A stretch of DNA of 64,000 nucleotides from Methanomassiliicoccaceae archaeon. GTDB taxonomy: Archaea; Thermoplasmatota; Thermoplasmata; Methanomassiliicoccales; Methanomethylophilaceae. The stretch lies in assembly GCA_003557905.1 (NCBI GenBank), contig PWNH01000132.1:2920-66919 (forward strand), in the 5' to 3' direction. Below, piece by piece: positions 34,594-43,348 of the stretch (the stretch's first letter is position 1; each line of letters starts with the position of its first letter). The notes under the pieces were generated by a model. It was not told where the DNA came from. It was given only the letters and a program-made list of their open reading frames with translations, and searched no databases. A program made the translations under genes and the position numbers.

Positions 34594-35595
34594 ATGAGGT
34601 TCAAGGACAACGGAGCGGAACGGGACATCAGGGCACTATGGTTCGAGGACGGCTGGTTGGTCATGATGGACCAGCGGCTATTGCCCCGGAAAGTCGCATT
34701 CGTAAGATACGATGACCACGAACAGGTGGCCAAGGCCATCAGGGACATGGTTACCCGCGGCGCACCGTCCATCGGCGCCGCGGCCGCCTACGGGATGGCA
34801 CTGGCGGCCTTGAATGGTGCCGACCTGACCGAAGCTGGCGCAGTCATCAAGGCTGCAAGACCAACCGCCAACGACCTGTTCTACGCCGTCGACCATATGG
34901 CGGACAGGATATCGGCGGGCGATGACCCGGTGGAGGCGGCGGACGCCTATGTTTCAGCCATCATCGACAATTGCATGGCGATAGGTGTGCACGGTGCGCC
35001 GTTGATAAAGGACGGGTACACGGTGATGACCCATTGTAACGCCGGGGCATTGGCCACGGTGGATGTGGGTACCGCCCTGGCACCGATCCGCGTGGCATGG
35101 TCCGAGGGACGGAGGTTCAAGGTACTGGCATCAGAGACCCGGCCTCGTCTGCAGGGGCTCCAACTGACGGCTTGGGAGCTGATCCACGAGGGCATAGACC
35201 ACGCGGTCATAGTCGACGGTGCCGCGGGGCATTTCATGCGCCGCGGGGTTGACATGGTCATAGTGGGAGCGGACCGCATAGTTGCCAACGGTGATTTCGC
35301 CAATAAGGTGGGCACCTATGAGAAGGCCGTCATCGCCAAGGAACTGGGGATCCCGTTCTACGTCGCCGCACCCGTCTCGACCTTCGACTTCGGGACCGCC
35401 AGCGGCGACGACATAATCATCGAGGAGCGTGACGCTGAGGAGATCACCCACCTAGGCGGTGTGGATGTGTCGCCCGATGGCGTCCAGGTACTGAACCCCG
35501 CCTTCGACGTAACACCCTTTCGCTATGTCACTGCTTACATAACCGAGAAGGGCATACTCACCGCAGAGGACATCGACGCCATGAGGAGTGAATAA
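34594..35595 (+). CDS. mtnA: S-methyl-5-thioribose-1-phosphate / 5-deoxyribose-1-phosphate isomerase (MtnA, eIF-2B alpha/beta/delta family)
   Basis: 333 aa from ATG at 34594. LPRKVAFVRYDDHEQVAKAIRDMVTRGAPSIGAAAAYGMALAA, THCNAGALATVDVGTAL, VGADRIVANGDFANKVGTY. Confidence 0.8.
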   Translation: MRFKDNGAERDIRALWFEDGWLVMMDQRLLPRKVAFVRYDDHEQVAKAIRDMVTRGAPSIGAAAAYGMALAALNGADLTEAGAVIKAARPTANDLFYAVDHMADRISAGDDPVEAADAYVSAIIDNCMAIGVHGAPLIKDGYTVMTHCNAGALATVDVGTALAPIRVAWSEGRRFKVLASETRPRLQGLQLTAWELIHEGIDHAVIVDGAAGHFMRRGVDMVIVGADRIVANGDFANKVGTYEKAVIAKELGIPFYVAAPVSTFDFGTASGDDIIIEERDAEEITHLGGVDVSPDGVQVLNPAFDVTPFRYVTAYITEKGILTAEDIDAMRSE

Positions 35596-35596
35596 G

Positions 35597-36205
35597 ATGG
35601 ACGAACGTGGACACCGGGACGAGTTGGCGAGGATATGCAAATTGCTTTACGACCGCGACCTGACATTCTCCTCGGGCGGGAACATGAGCGTGCGGGTGGA
35701 TCCAGAGCACATTGTGATAACGCCCTCGGGCAGGAACAAGGGCATGCTGCGCGGAGAGGACATGATCAAGGTGAATCTCAATGGCGAGGTCATCGGTGAG
35801 GGCAGGCCCTCCATCGAGGTGGGTATGCATCTCATCTACTACCGCATGCGGGACGATGTCGGAGCGATAGTCCATTGCCACCCTCCATACTGCACATCAT
35901 TGGCAATAATGGGAGAGAGGCTCAAGAGCAATCTGACCCCTGAGGGCGCTGTGCTTCTGGGCGAGGTGCCCATAGCGCCGTACGGGACACCGGGCACCAA
36001 CCGCCTGGTGGACTCGGTACGGGAACATGTTCACAGCGACTGTCTCATAATGGAGAGGCATGGGGCGCTGGCGGTGGGTTCCGACCTGATATCGGCCTTC
36101 AACCGGATGGAGGAGTTGGAGTTCCATGCCCGTCTGCAGTTCATAGTCGGCGACCGGGCGCGGGAGTTCGATGCCGCGGAGATAGAGAGGATCAAGCAGG
36201 GATGA
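35597..36205 (+). CDS. Class II aldolase/adducin-family protein (MtnB / FucA / Ald2-like)
   Basis: 202 aa. SSGGNMSVRV, ITPSG, PSIEVGMHLIIY-like segment, VHCHPPY, MERHGALAVG zinc/His motifs. ATG lies 1 nt after the mtnA stop. Confidence 0.8.
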   Translation: MDERGHRDELARICKLLYDRDLTFSSGGNMSVRVDPEHIVITPSGRNKGMLRGEDMIKVNLNGEVIGEGRPSIEVGMHLIYYRMRDDVGAIVHCHPPYCTSLAIMGERLKSNLTPEGAVLLGEVPIAPYGTPGTNRLVDSVREHVHSDCLIMERHGALAVGSDLISAFNRMEELEFHARLQFIVGDRAREFDAAEIERIKQG

Positions 36206-37275
36206 CCATGGCGCAATACCTAGTCACCAAATGGTTCGGTTGTTTCCTCTGCGATGGGACGAGGATAATCGATAGCCGCGTGTTCCCTCCTGACGCTGAG
36301 GCGATCTCGCAGCGATTGGCCAAGGTTCAACGCGGTGAGGTACTCGAGGAGGAGAAGGACCTCGTCGGCGACCGCCGGGTCCGTGTCAGCGAGCAGCGCC
36401 AGTCGCCTCTCGGTAAACCGGGGATGTTCGATTCATCTTTCATCGTCCCCGATGCGAATACGCACGGACGCGAGCTGATGCATGAGGTGATGGTCGGTCT
36501 GGGGAGGTTGCGCACCAGCGAACCCCTCGCCAAGGACAGTAACCTGGTGCAGGCCATACGCGGGCTGGACGATCTCATCGAGACCTCGAACCTCATGAAC
36601 GAGAGACTGCACGAATGGTACGGCCTGCACTTCCCCGAGTTGGCGGACCATGCCCGTGAGAGAAGGTACGCATCCCTCATCGCTGAGCACGGTGAGAGGG
36701 ACGGTATAATGAAGGAGCTGTCACTGGACTTCGAATCGATGGGCGCCGATATGGATCCCGAGGACATCGAGAGCATACGCGGTATGGCCGAGGGGTTGGT
36801 GCAGATGTATGAGCGCCGGGCGGTGCTCGAGGAGTACATAGCCGCCAACATAGAGCCGATAGCTCCCAACATGTGCGCACTGCTGGGTCCGAACCTGGCG
36901 GCGCGGATGATATCATTGGCCGGAGGATTGCAGAGGCTGGCTTCATTGCCGGCATCGACACTTCAGCTCCTGGGAGCTGAGAAGGCCATGTTCCGTCATC
37001 TTCGGGAGAAGAAGAAGCCTCCGAAACACGGCATCATATATCAGCATCCCTCCGTTCACCGTTCCCCCTACTGGCAACGGGGCAACATATCACGGGCGCT
37101 GGCGGCCAAGGCCGTTATCGCCGCCCGTGTCGATCAGTACGGAGGCGAGTACCGTGGTGATGAATTGGTAGAGCAGTTCAACTCCCGTGTGGAGGACATC
37201 CGGAAGAGATATCCGCAGCCTCCGAAGAAGGAGAAGAGTGCCAAAGGACCGAGACGTCGCCAGAGGCGGCGTTGA
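36202..37275 (+). CDS. nop5: C/D box sRNP core protein Nop5 (Nop56/58)
   Basis: 357 aa. NERLHEWYGLHFPEL, PNLAARMISLAGGLQRLASLPASTLQLLGAEKAMFRHL (Nop domain), lysine/arginine-rich tail. The start overlaps the aldolase stop (ATGA). Confidence 0.85.
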   Translation: MTMAQYLVTKWFGCFLCDGTRIIDSRVFPPDAEAISQRLAKVQRGEVLEEEKDLVGDRRVRVSEQRQSPLGKPGMFDSSFIVPDANTHGRELMHEVMVGLGRLRTSEPLAKDSNLVQAIRGLDDLIETSNLMNERLHEWYGLHFPELADHARERRYASLIAEHGERDGIMKELSLDFESMGADMDPEDIESIRGMAEGLVQMYERRAVLEEYIAANIEPIAPNMCALLGPNLAARMISLAGGLQRLASLPASTLQLLGAEKAMFRHLREKKKPPKHGIIYQHPSVHRSPYWQRGNISRALAAKAVIAARVDQYGGEYRGDELVEQFNSRVEDIRKRYPQPPKKEKSAKGPRRRQRRR

Positions 37276-37307
37276 GGATACTGGTCGTATTCAACGGTTA
37301 ACAAAAA

Positions 37308-37315
37308 TATTTAAA
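37308..37315 (+). promoter_or_regulatory. TATA box (TATTTAAA) for aIF5A
   Basis: Ends 27 nt upstream of the ATG at 37343, consistent with a leaderless or very short-leader mRNA. Confidence 0.45.
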
Positions 37316-37342
37316 GGATATGACGATAATGAGGCGATTCTC

Positions 37343-37720
37343 ATGTGGGAGCAGAAGGAAGTCTCGGAATTGAAAGTGAACAGGTACGTCAACATAGATG
37401 ACGAACCTTGCAAGATCACTGCCATCAGCACATCGAAACCCGGCAAGCATGGCGGGGCGAAGGCCAGGATAGAAGGGACGGGCATCTTCTCCGGTTCGAA
37501 GAAGACCCTGGTGTCCCCGGTCAAGGCCAAAGTCCAGGTCCCGATGATAGACAAGCGCCGTGCCCAGATACTCTCGATAGTCAACAATGAGGTTCAACTG
37601 ATGGACCTGGAGACCTACGAGAACCTGATCATACCCATACCGGACGATATCGAGTCACCGTTGGAAGAGGGCGGCGAGGTCATGTACATGATCGCCATGG
37701 GCCGCCAGCGCCTGATGTGA
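37343..37720 (+). CDS. eif5a: Translation initiation/elongation factor 5A (aIF5A)
   Basis: 125 aa. STSKPGKHGGAKA hypusination loop. The ORF-track extension upstream of 37343 overlaps nop5 and is Arg-rich junk. Confidence 0.9.
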   Translation: MWEQKEVSELKVNRYVNIDDEPCKITAISTSKPGKHGGAKARIEGTGIFSGSKKTLVSPVKAKVQVPMIDKRRAQILSIVNNEVQLMDLETYENLIIPIPDDIESPLEEGGEVMYMIAMGRQRLM

Positions 37721-37727
37721 TCATTCC

Positions 37728-38576
37728 ATGATACGGGGAGCGAGTTTTGCGGACTGCGAGCATTCCTTCGAGGATGCTGACTATGTCATAATGGGAATAC
37801 CGTTCGACCGTACCACATCGTTCCGTGCCGGTTGCCGGGATGCGCCCGATTCAGTACGGCGTTCGTCCTACAACCTCGAGATGTACATGTTCGAGCATGA
37901 CCATGACATCGGCGACCTCAAAGTCCACGACATGGGAGACCTGGATGAGTACGCCCAGGTGGACGAGATGGTCGAGGCCGCTTGGATCGAGGCCTCCCGC
38001 ATCGTCGATGCGGGCAAGTTCCCCATAACCATCGGTGGCGAGCATTCCGTCACCGTTCCCATCGTTAAAGCGTTCAGTAAGGACATCTCCGTCATATCCG
38101 TCGACGCCCACACAGACTTCCGCGACGAATACATGGGGATGAAGAACAGCCATGCCTGCGTCATGAGACGCTGTGCCGACCATGTCGGCAAGGACAATGT
38201 GGCCAGCCTCGGTGTGCGTTCCATATCCAAAGAGGAGGTCGACGCTGGCCTGCCCTTCCATGTGGACTCTTTCACCATCCTCGAGAAGGGGATGGAATGG
38301 GCGGCGGAGAGGGCCTTGGACCATCTTAAGAACGAGAAGGTCTACCTGACTGTGGACATCGACGGGATCGACCCCGCCTACGCCCCCGGCACCGGTACGC
38401 CCGAACCTTTCGGCCTCCTTCCTCTGCATGTCAAAAAACTGATCAACATCATAGGTGAGCGGCTGGTCGGTTTCGATGTTGTAGAGGTATCGCCCCCCTA
38501 TGACAACGGCAACACCTCGGTCCTCGCCGCCCGTCTGATACGGGAGGCGATGGCGGTCAGCTCTAAGAAAAGGTGA
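37728..38576 (+). CDS. speB: Agmatinase (ureohydrolase family)
   Basis: 282 aa. GGEHSVT, SVDAHTDF, LTVDIDGIDPAYAPGTGTPEP and EVSPPYD manganese-ligand motifs. Confidence 0.9.
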   Translation: MIRGASFADCEHSFEDADYVIMGIPFDRTTSFRAGCRDAPDSVRRSSYNLEMYMFEHDHDIGDLKVHDMGDLDEYAQVDEMVEAAWIEASRIVDAGKFPITIGGEHSVTVPIVKAFSKDISVISVDAHTDFRDEYMGMKNSHACVMRRCADHVGKDNVASLGVRSISKEEVDAGLPFHVDSFTILEKGMEWAAERALDHLKNEKVYLTVDIDGIDPAYAPGTGTPEPFGLLPLHVKKLINIIGERLVGFDVVEVSPPYDNGNTSVLAARLIREAMAVSSKKR

Positions 38577-38580
38577 TCGC

Positions 38581-39150
38581 TTGGACCTCGGCGTTCTCAT
38601 AAGCACCTTCGGTCTTGTGGGCGTTGCGGAGCTGGGCGACAAGAGCATGTTCGCGGTGATAGCCCTCGCCGCCCGTTATGGGCGCAGAGGGGTTTTCTTC
38701 GGTGCCGTTTCCGCATTGTTCCTGTTATCGGTGATCGCGGCCCTACTGGGAGCCACGGTGTCGAACCTGGTTGATGATTCCATCATCGTACCGATGGCCG
38801 CCCTGGTCTTCCTTGCCTACGGCTCCTACATGCTGGTTAAGAAAGAGGATGAAACGGAAGAGGTTCTCACAACGAGCTCATCTAGCGGCTTCTTCGCCAC
38901 CTTCTCGCTGATAACTCTGATGGAGATGGGGGACAAGACGCAGATCGCGATATTCACCCTGGCAGCGTCGACCGGGGAGGCGCTGGCGGTGATCGCGGGA
39001 GCCTCCTTGGCATTCATAGTGATGGTGGCCATAGAGGTGTATCTCGGCCAGAAGATCAGCACCAAGGTGTCGCCTCAGACAATGAGGTCTTTGGCCGGTG
39101 CGGTGTTCCTGCTCTTCGGATTCTTCTATCTGTTGCAATGGCTGCTCTGA
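38581..39150 (+). CDS. UPF0016 / GDT1 / TMEM165-family cation (Mn2+/Ca2+) transporter
   Basis: 189 aa. Two E-x-G-D-K-[ST] repeats (AELGDKS, MEMGDKT) within 6 predicted TM segments. TTG start. Confidence 0.8.
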   Translation: MDLGVLISTFGLVGVAELGDKSMFAVIALAARYGRRGVFFGAVSALFLLSVIAALLGATVSNLVDDSIIVPMAALVFLAYGSYMLVKKEDETEEVLTTSSSSGFFATFSLITLMEMGDKTQIAIFTLAASTGEALAVIAGASLAFIVMVAIEVYLGQKISTKVSPQTMRSLAGAVFLLFGFFYLLQWLL

Positions 39151-40497
39151 TCAGCAGACCAGACTCTCCAACTGGGCCGATATCCTGTCCGCCCTCTCAG
39201 TGGCCTTGTCCTTGTCCTTGGATTCCGAATAGACGCGGAATATCGGCTCCGTGCCGGAAGCGCGGATCAGGACCCAGCCGTCATCGAACAGTATCTTGAT
39301 GCCGTCAGTATCGTCCACCCTCTCATCGCGGAAGATTTCCTTGACCTTCTCCTGCAGACCGGTCTTGGAATCATTGGGACAGAGGAACTTGCGTTTCTCG
39401 GTGTGGTACACCGGTAATTCCGCCACCTGTTGTGACAGTGCGCCGTTGCGGACCACGGTCTCCAACATCTTAGCCAGGGTCATGGGCCCGTCCCGACAGA
39501 ACTGATGGTCGGGGAATATCAGGCCGCCGTTCTCCTCCCCGCCGAATATGGCCCCGGTCACAATCATGCGCCGGGCCACTATCGGAGAGCCCACTGCGGT
39601 GTAGTCTATCGTACCGCCGGCGGCGCTCACGACCTCCTCCACCATGGACGATGAGCTCACGGGGGTGACCACAGTGCCCTTGTTCTCACTCAGCATCGCT
39701 TTGGAGACCAGGGCCAGACTCTTATCGCCAGGAAGATAGCCTCCCTTCTCATCGACGAAGACCGCCCGATCGGCATCGCCGTCGAAGGCGACACCGAGGT
39801 CGGCCCCCACCGCCACCACCAAAGACAGTAGGTCACGGAGGTTCTCGGCGGTCGGTTCGCTAGGATGGCCGGGGAACTTCCCCTGAGGGTCGGCGTTTAT
39901 GGTGACCGCCCTCACACCGAGCCGGTCCATGAGCATCGGGCCGACCGAGTAGGCGGCACCGTTGGCGCAGTCCATCACAACCGTCAGGCAGGCATCGCGT
40001 ATGGCGGCGGCATCCACATGGGACATCACCGCGTTCAGGTACTCCTCCACGGCCTCGGATACGGGGTGGACGCTACCGACATCCTCCCAATCCGCACATG
40101 GTATCTGGGACCAGAACAGCCCTTCGATATCCATCTCCTTCTCACGCGGCATCTCGGTGCCGTCGTGGTCGACGCACTTGATGCCGTTGAACTGCGGCGG
40201 GTTGTGGGAGGCGGTTATCATCACCCCGCCCCGTACCTCGGGGCGGTTCTTGATGTAGAATTGCAGAACCGGCGTGGGCACCACTCCCAGGTCCAGGACC
40301 TCAACGCCGACGGCGGTGAGTCCGGCGATGGTCGCCGAGGATATCATATGGCGGGAGGTGCGGGTGTCAGTGGCGATTGCTACCTTGCCGCCCATGAAAC
40401 TGCCTATGGCCTTGCCCAGTTGGAGGGCAAGGGCGGAGTTCATGTCCTCATTGACGATGCCGCGCACACCGTTGGTGCCGAACAGCCTTTGGGTCAT
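39151..40497 (-). CDS. Phosphohexose mutase (PGM/PMM/GlmM family), second copy
   Basis: 448 aa. LFGTNGVRG, TASHNPPQFNGIK, AFDGDADRAVF, GGEENGG. Confidence 0.85.
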   Translation of the reverse strand: MTQRLFGTNGVRGIVNEDMNSALALQLGKAIGSFMGGKVAIATDTRTSRHMISSATIAGLTAVGVEVLDLGVVPTPVLQFYIKNRPEVRGGVMITASHNPPQFNGIKCVDHDGTEMPREKEMDIEGLFWSQIPCADWEDVGSVHPVSEAVEEYLNAVMSHVDAAAIRDACLTVVMDCANGAAYSVGPMLMDRLGVRAVTINADPQGKFPGHPSEPTAENLRDLLSLVVAVGADLGVAFDGDADRAVFVDEKGGYLPGDKSLALVSKAMLSENKGTVVTPVSSSSMVEEVVSAAGGTIDYTAVGSPIVARRMIVTGAIFGGEENGGLIFPDHQFCRDGPMTLAKMLETVVRNGALSQQVAELPVYHTEKRKFLCPNDSKTGLQEKVKEIFRDERVDDTDGIKILFDDGWVLIRASGTEPIFRVYSESKDKDKATERADRISAQLESLVC

Positions 40498-40501
40498 GGT
40501 A

Positions 40502-41185
40502 TCAGTCCGTACGGGCGGTTATGAGGATCTGGATGGTGTCCGCACAGTCCTTGCAGCGGTCGGCGGACTTCTCTATTGAGTCAAGCAGGCCCTTTGACAT
40601 CATCGTGCCGCGGTGGTCCATGTCCGCTGTGAGGATCTTCTTGAGTATGGAGACGTTGAGCTCGTCGATCACCCTCTCCTGGGACTTGATGTTCTGGATG
40701 CACTTGAGGGTGTCATCCTCATCAGCGCCCAGCCTCTCCACCGCACGCAACAGCATCTTGGTGGCCAGTGAGAGCTCGTTGCATATCGAACGCAGTGCCT
40801 CCCAGATATGGTTGGGTATATCGATGGAGGCCTCGATTATGAGTTGAACGTGAATGGCACCCTCCATCGCCCAGTCGGCGATACGGTCCATCTTGCGTAC
40901 CAGGTGCATGAGGTCCTCCCTCTCGCGGGGATCGAGCTCTCCCTTGCTGAGTTTGAAAGCGAGACGGTCCTCTATCCTGTCCGCCTCCTTCTCACTCAGC
41001 ACGAGGCGGTTGACGGCGCCCATGGCGGTGTCATCGTCACCTTTGGACATGGCTATGATGCTCCTCTCCAGCTCGTTGACCGCATCTATGATGATGAGGC
41101 CGTGCTCCCTCATGCCTTTGAGGACGAAGTCCTCACGCCTCTTGCCGAACCAATCCAATAGGGACTTTCCTTTCTTGTCACTCAA
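40502..41185 (-). CDS. DUF47 / PhoU-like helical-bundle protein (TIGR00153-type)
   Basis: 227 aa, all-helical. E-x-x-x-D-type repeats (EKEADRIED, MDRIADWAME). The start overlaps the upstream ABC ATPase gene by 8 nt. Confidence 0.7.
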   Translation of the reverse strand: MSDKKGKSLLDWFGKRREDFVLKGMREHGLIIIDAVNELERSIIAMSKGDDDTAMGAVNRLVLSEKEADRIEDRLAFKLSKGELDPREREDLMHLVRKMDRIADWAMEGAIHVQLIIEASIDIPNHIWEALRSICNELSLATKMLLRAVERLGADEDDTLKCIQNIKSQERVIDELNVSILKKILTADMDHRGTMMSKGLLDSIEKSADRCKDCADTIQILITARTD

Positions 41186-42263
41186 GCCTGACCGCCTCCG
41201 CTATGCCCTCCTTGGGCCTCTTGTACACCATGGACATCTTACGGTTGAACACCAGCTCCAACCCCTGACCTATATTTGGAGGTTCGTGGTGCTTGGGTAT
41301 GTTGTATTCCACTATGTCCTCGCTCTTCGCCCGGGTCACCACACGCCAATAGCTGCCCATGTATATCACCTGGACGACCTTGGCGCTCAGACCCTCCTTG
41401 GCAGGGTACACATACTCCGGCCTTACCGATAGGACGATGGCATCGTTGATATTGAAGTGGCGGTTCCCGCCCACCTTGATGTCCGTACCGTCCCTCAGCT
41501 TGATGAGTATGTTGCGGTCGTCCTTGTCGGCGACCATTCCCTCCAATAGGTTGGTCTCCCCTATGAAATAGGCGGTGAATAAATTGTTCGGTCGTCTGTA
41601 CAGCCTCATGGGGCTGTCACTCTCCACGATGCTGCCGTTGCGCATGACCACGATACGGTCGGAAACCGACATGGCCTCATCCTGGTCGTGGGTGACGTGT
41701 ATGACGGTTATGCCCAGCTCCTTCACCAGACGACGGATCTCATAACGGAGGTCCATCCTCACACGGGCGTCCAGTGCGGACAGCGGCTCATCGAGGAGTA
41801 GGAGTCTGGCACCGGATGCCATCGCCCTGGCGATGGCCACCTTCTGCTGCTCCCCGCCGGACAGCTCACCGGGGAACATGTTGAGACGGTCGAGCATGTT
41901 GACGAGTTTCAGGAACCGGTCCGCCGTCTCCTGTCCCTCCTCGGTGGTCTTCCCTTGCATACGAGGGCCGAACGACACGTTCTTAGCGACTTTCATATGA
42001 GGGAACAGGGCGATGTTCTGGAACACGTAACCGACCTGCCGGTCCTCTATCGGCACGTCGGTGACGTCCTCGCCGTCTATCAGGACCCTTCCCTCCGAAG
42101 GTGTCCACAATCCGGAGATCACCTTGATCAAAGATGTCTTACCGCACCCTGACGGACCGAGGATGGTGAGATACTCGCCGTCCTTGATGACCAGGTCTAT
42201 GTCCCGCACGGCGTATATGTCGCCGAACCTCATTGTGACCTTTTGCAACGATATGCGGGGCAT
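41178..42263 (-). CDS. ABC transporter ATP-binding protein with C-terminal TOBE-like domain
   Basis: 361 aa from ATG at 42261-42263. GPSGCGKTS Walker A, LSGGEQQKVAIARA signature, LLLLDEPLSALD Walker B. Confidence 0.9.
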   Translation of the reverse strand: MPRISLQKVTMRFGDIYAVRDIDLVIKDGEYLTILGPSGCGKTSLIKVISGLWTPSEGRVLIDGEDVTDVPIEDRQVGYVFQNIALFPHMKVAKNVSFGPRMQGKTTEEGQETADRFLKLVNMLDRLNMFPGELSGGEQQKVAIARAMASGARLLLLDEPLSALDARVRMDLRYEIRRLVKELGITVIHVTHDQDEAMSVSDRIVVMRNGSIVESDSPMRLYRRPNNLFTAYFIGETNLLEGMVADKDDRNILIKLRDGTDIKVGGNRHFNINDAIVLSVRPEYVYPAKEGLSAKVVQVIYMGSYWRVVTRAKSEDIVEYNIPKHHEPPNIGQGLELVFNRKMSMVYKRPKEGIAEAVRLE

Positions 42264-43348
42264 TATTCCAACCTCAGCTCCTCTTCCAGTCCTTTCTCCG
42301 GCATCGGGAACACCGTCGCCTCGTCCGCCGACCATCCCACGACGACCTCGTCACCGGGCGAGAAATCCTCGAACTTGCGGTTGGGGAGTTTGGCGGAGAA
42401 CAGTTTTCCGTTTGCGATCACATCCACATGAATCGTGACGCCCTCGTATAGTATCCTCTCCACCCGCCCCAGGAAGAACCCTTCCTCGGTCTTTAGCTGG
42501 GTGTTCCCTACCTTGATGGCCACGACCACCTCTGAGCCTATTGGCAATTGACAGGGACGGGCCTTGACGTTTATGCCCAATTCGTTCTCCACCACGGTGT
42601 GGTCACCGTTGGAGACGAGCCTGCCGGTGAAGAAATTGGATTGGCCGACGAAGTTGGCCACGAATGGACTCACCGGGGTGTCGAACACCTCCTTGGGAGT
42701 CCCCACCTGCACGACCTTGCCGTACCTCATGACCGCGACGCGGTCGGCTATGACCATAGCCTCCTCCTGGTCGTGGGTGACGTGTATCGCGGTGATCCCC
42801 ATCGCCTTAACCAACGAACGGATCTCACGGCGGAGCTCAATCCTCAACCGGGCGTCCAATGCCCTCAATGGTTCATCGAGGAGTATGACCTTAGAACCTG
42901 AAGCGAGGGCTCGGGCCAAGGCCGTGCGTTGCTGCATGCCTCCGCTCAGTTCGCGGGGCAGGGCGTCCTTACGACGGTTGAGATGGACCATCTCCAGCAT
43001 GTTGTCGACGATGTCCTGGGCCTCCTGGAAGTCCCAGCCTCTTATCCTGGGGCCGTAGATCACGTTCCCGTTGACATCCATGTGCGGGAACAATGAATAG
43101 ACCTGCGACAGCATGGCGGCCTCACGGGCCTCGGGTTCGACACGGGTATAGTCCTTACCGTCGAACAGGATCTTCCCGGAATCGGGATCTATCAGTCCGG
43201 CTACCATCTTCAGAGCGGTAGTCTTGCCCGCCCCGGTGGGGCCGAGGATGCACAGGTACTCACCCTCCTCCACCTTTAGGTCCATACCATCGGCGGCGAT
43301 GGTGCTGCCGTATCTCTTACTGAGGCCTTTGAGTTCGACAACGGTCAT
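42263..43348 (-). CDS. ABC transporter ATP-binding protein with C-terminal TOBE-like domain (paralogue)
   Basis: 361 aa. GPTGAGKTT, LSGGMQQRTALARA, VILLDEPLRALD. Overlaps neighbours by 1 nt on each side. Confidence 0.9.
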   Translation of the reverse strand: MTVVELKGLSKRYGSTIAADGMDLKVEEGEYLCILGPTGAGKTTALKMVAGLIDPDSGKILFDGKDYTRVEPEAREAAMLSQVYSLFPHMDVNGNVIYGPRIRGWDFQEAQDIVDNMLEMVHLNRRKDALPRELSGGMQQRTALARALASGSKVILLDEPLRALDARLRIELRREIRSLVKAMGITAIHVTHDQEEAMVIADRVAVMRYGKVVQVGTPKEVFDTPVSPFVANFVGQSNFFTGRLVSNGDHTVVENELGINVKARPCQLPIGSEVVVAIKVGNTQLKTEEGFFLGRVERILYEGVTIHVDVIANGKLFSAKLPNRKFEDFSPGDEVVVGWSADEATVFPMPEKGLEEELRLE

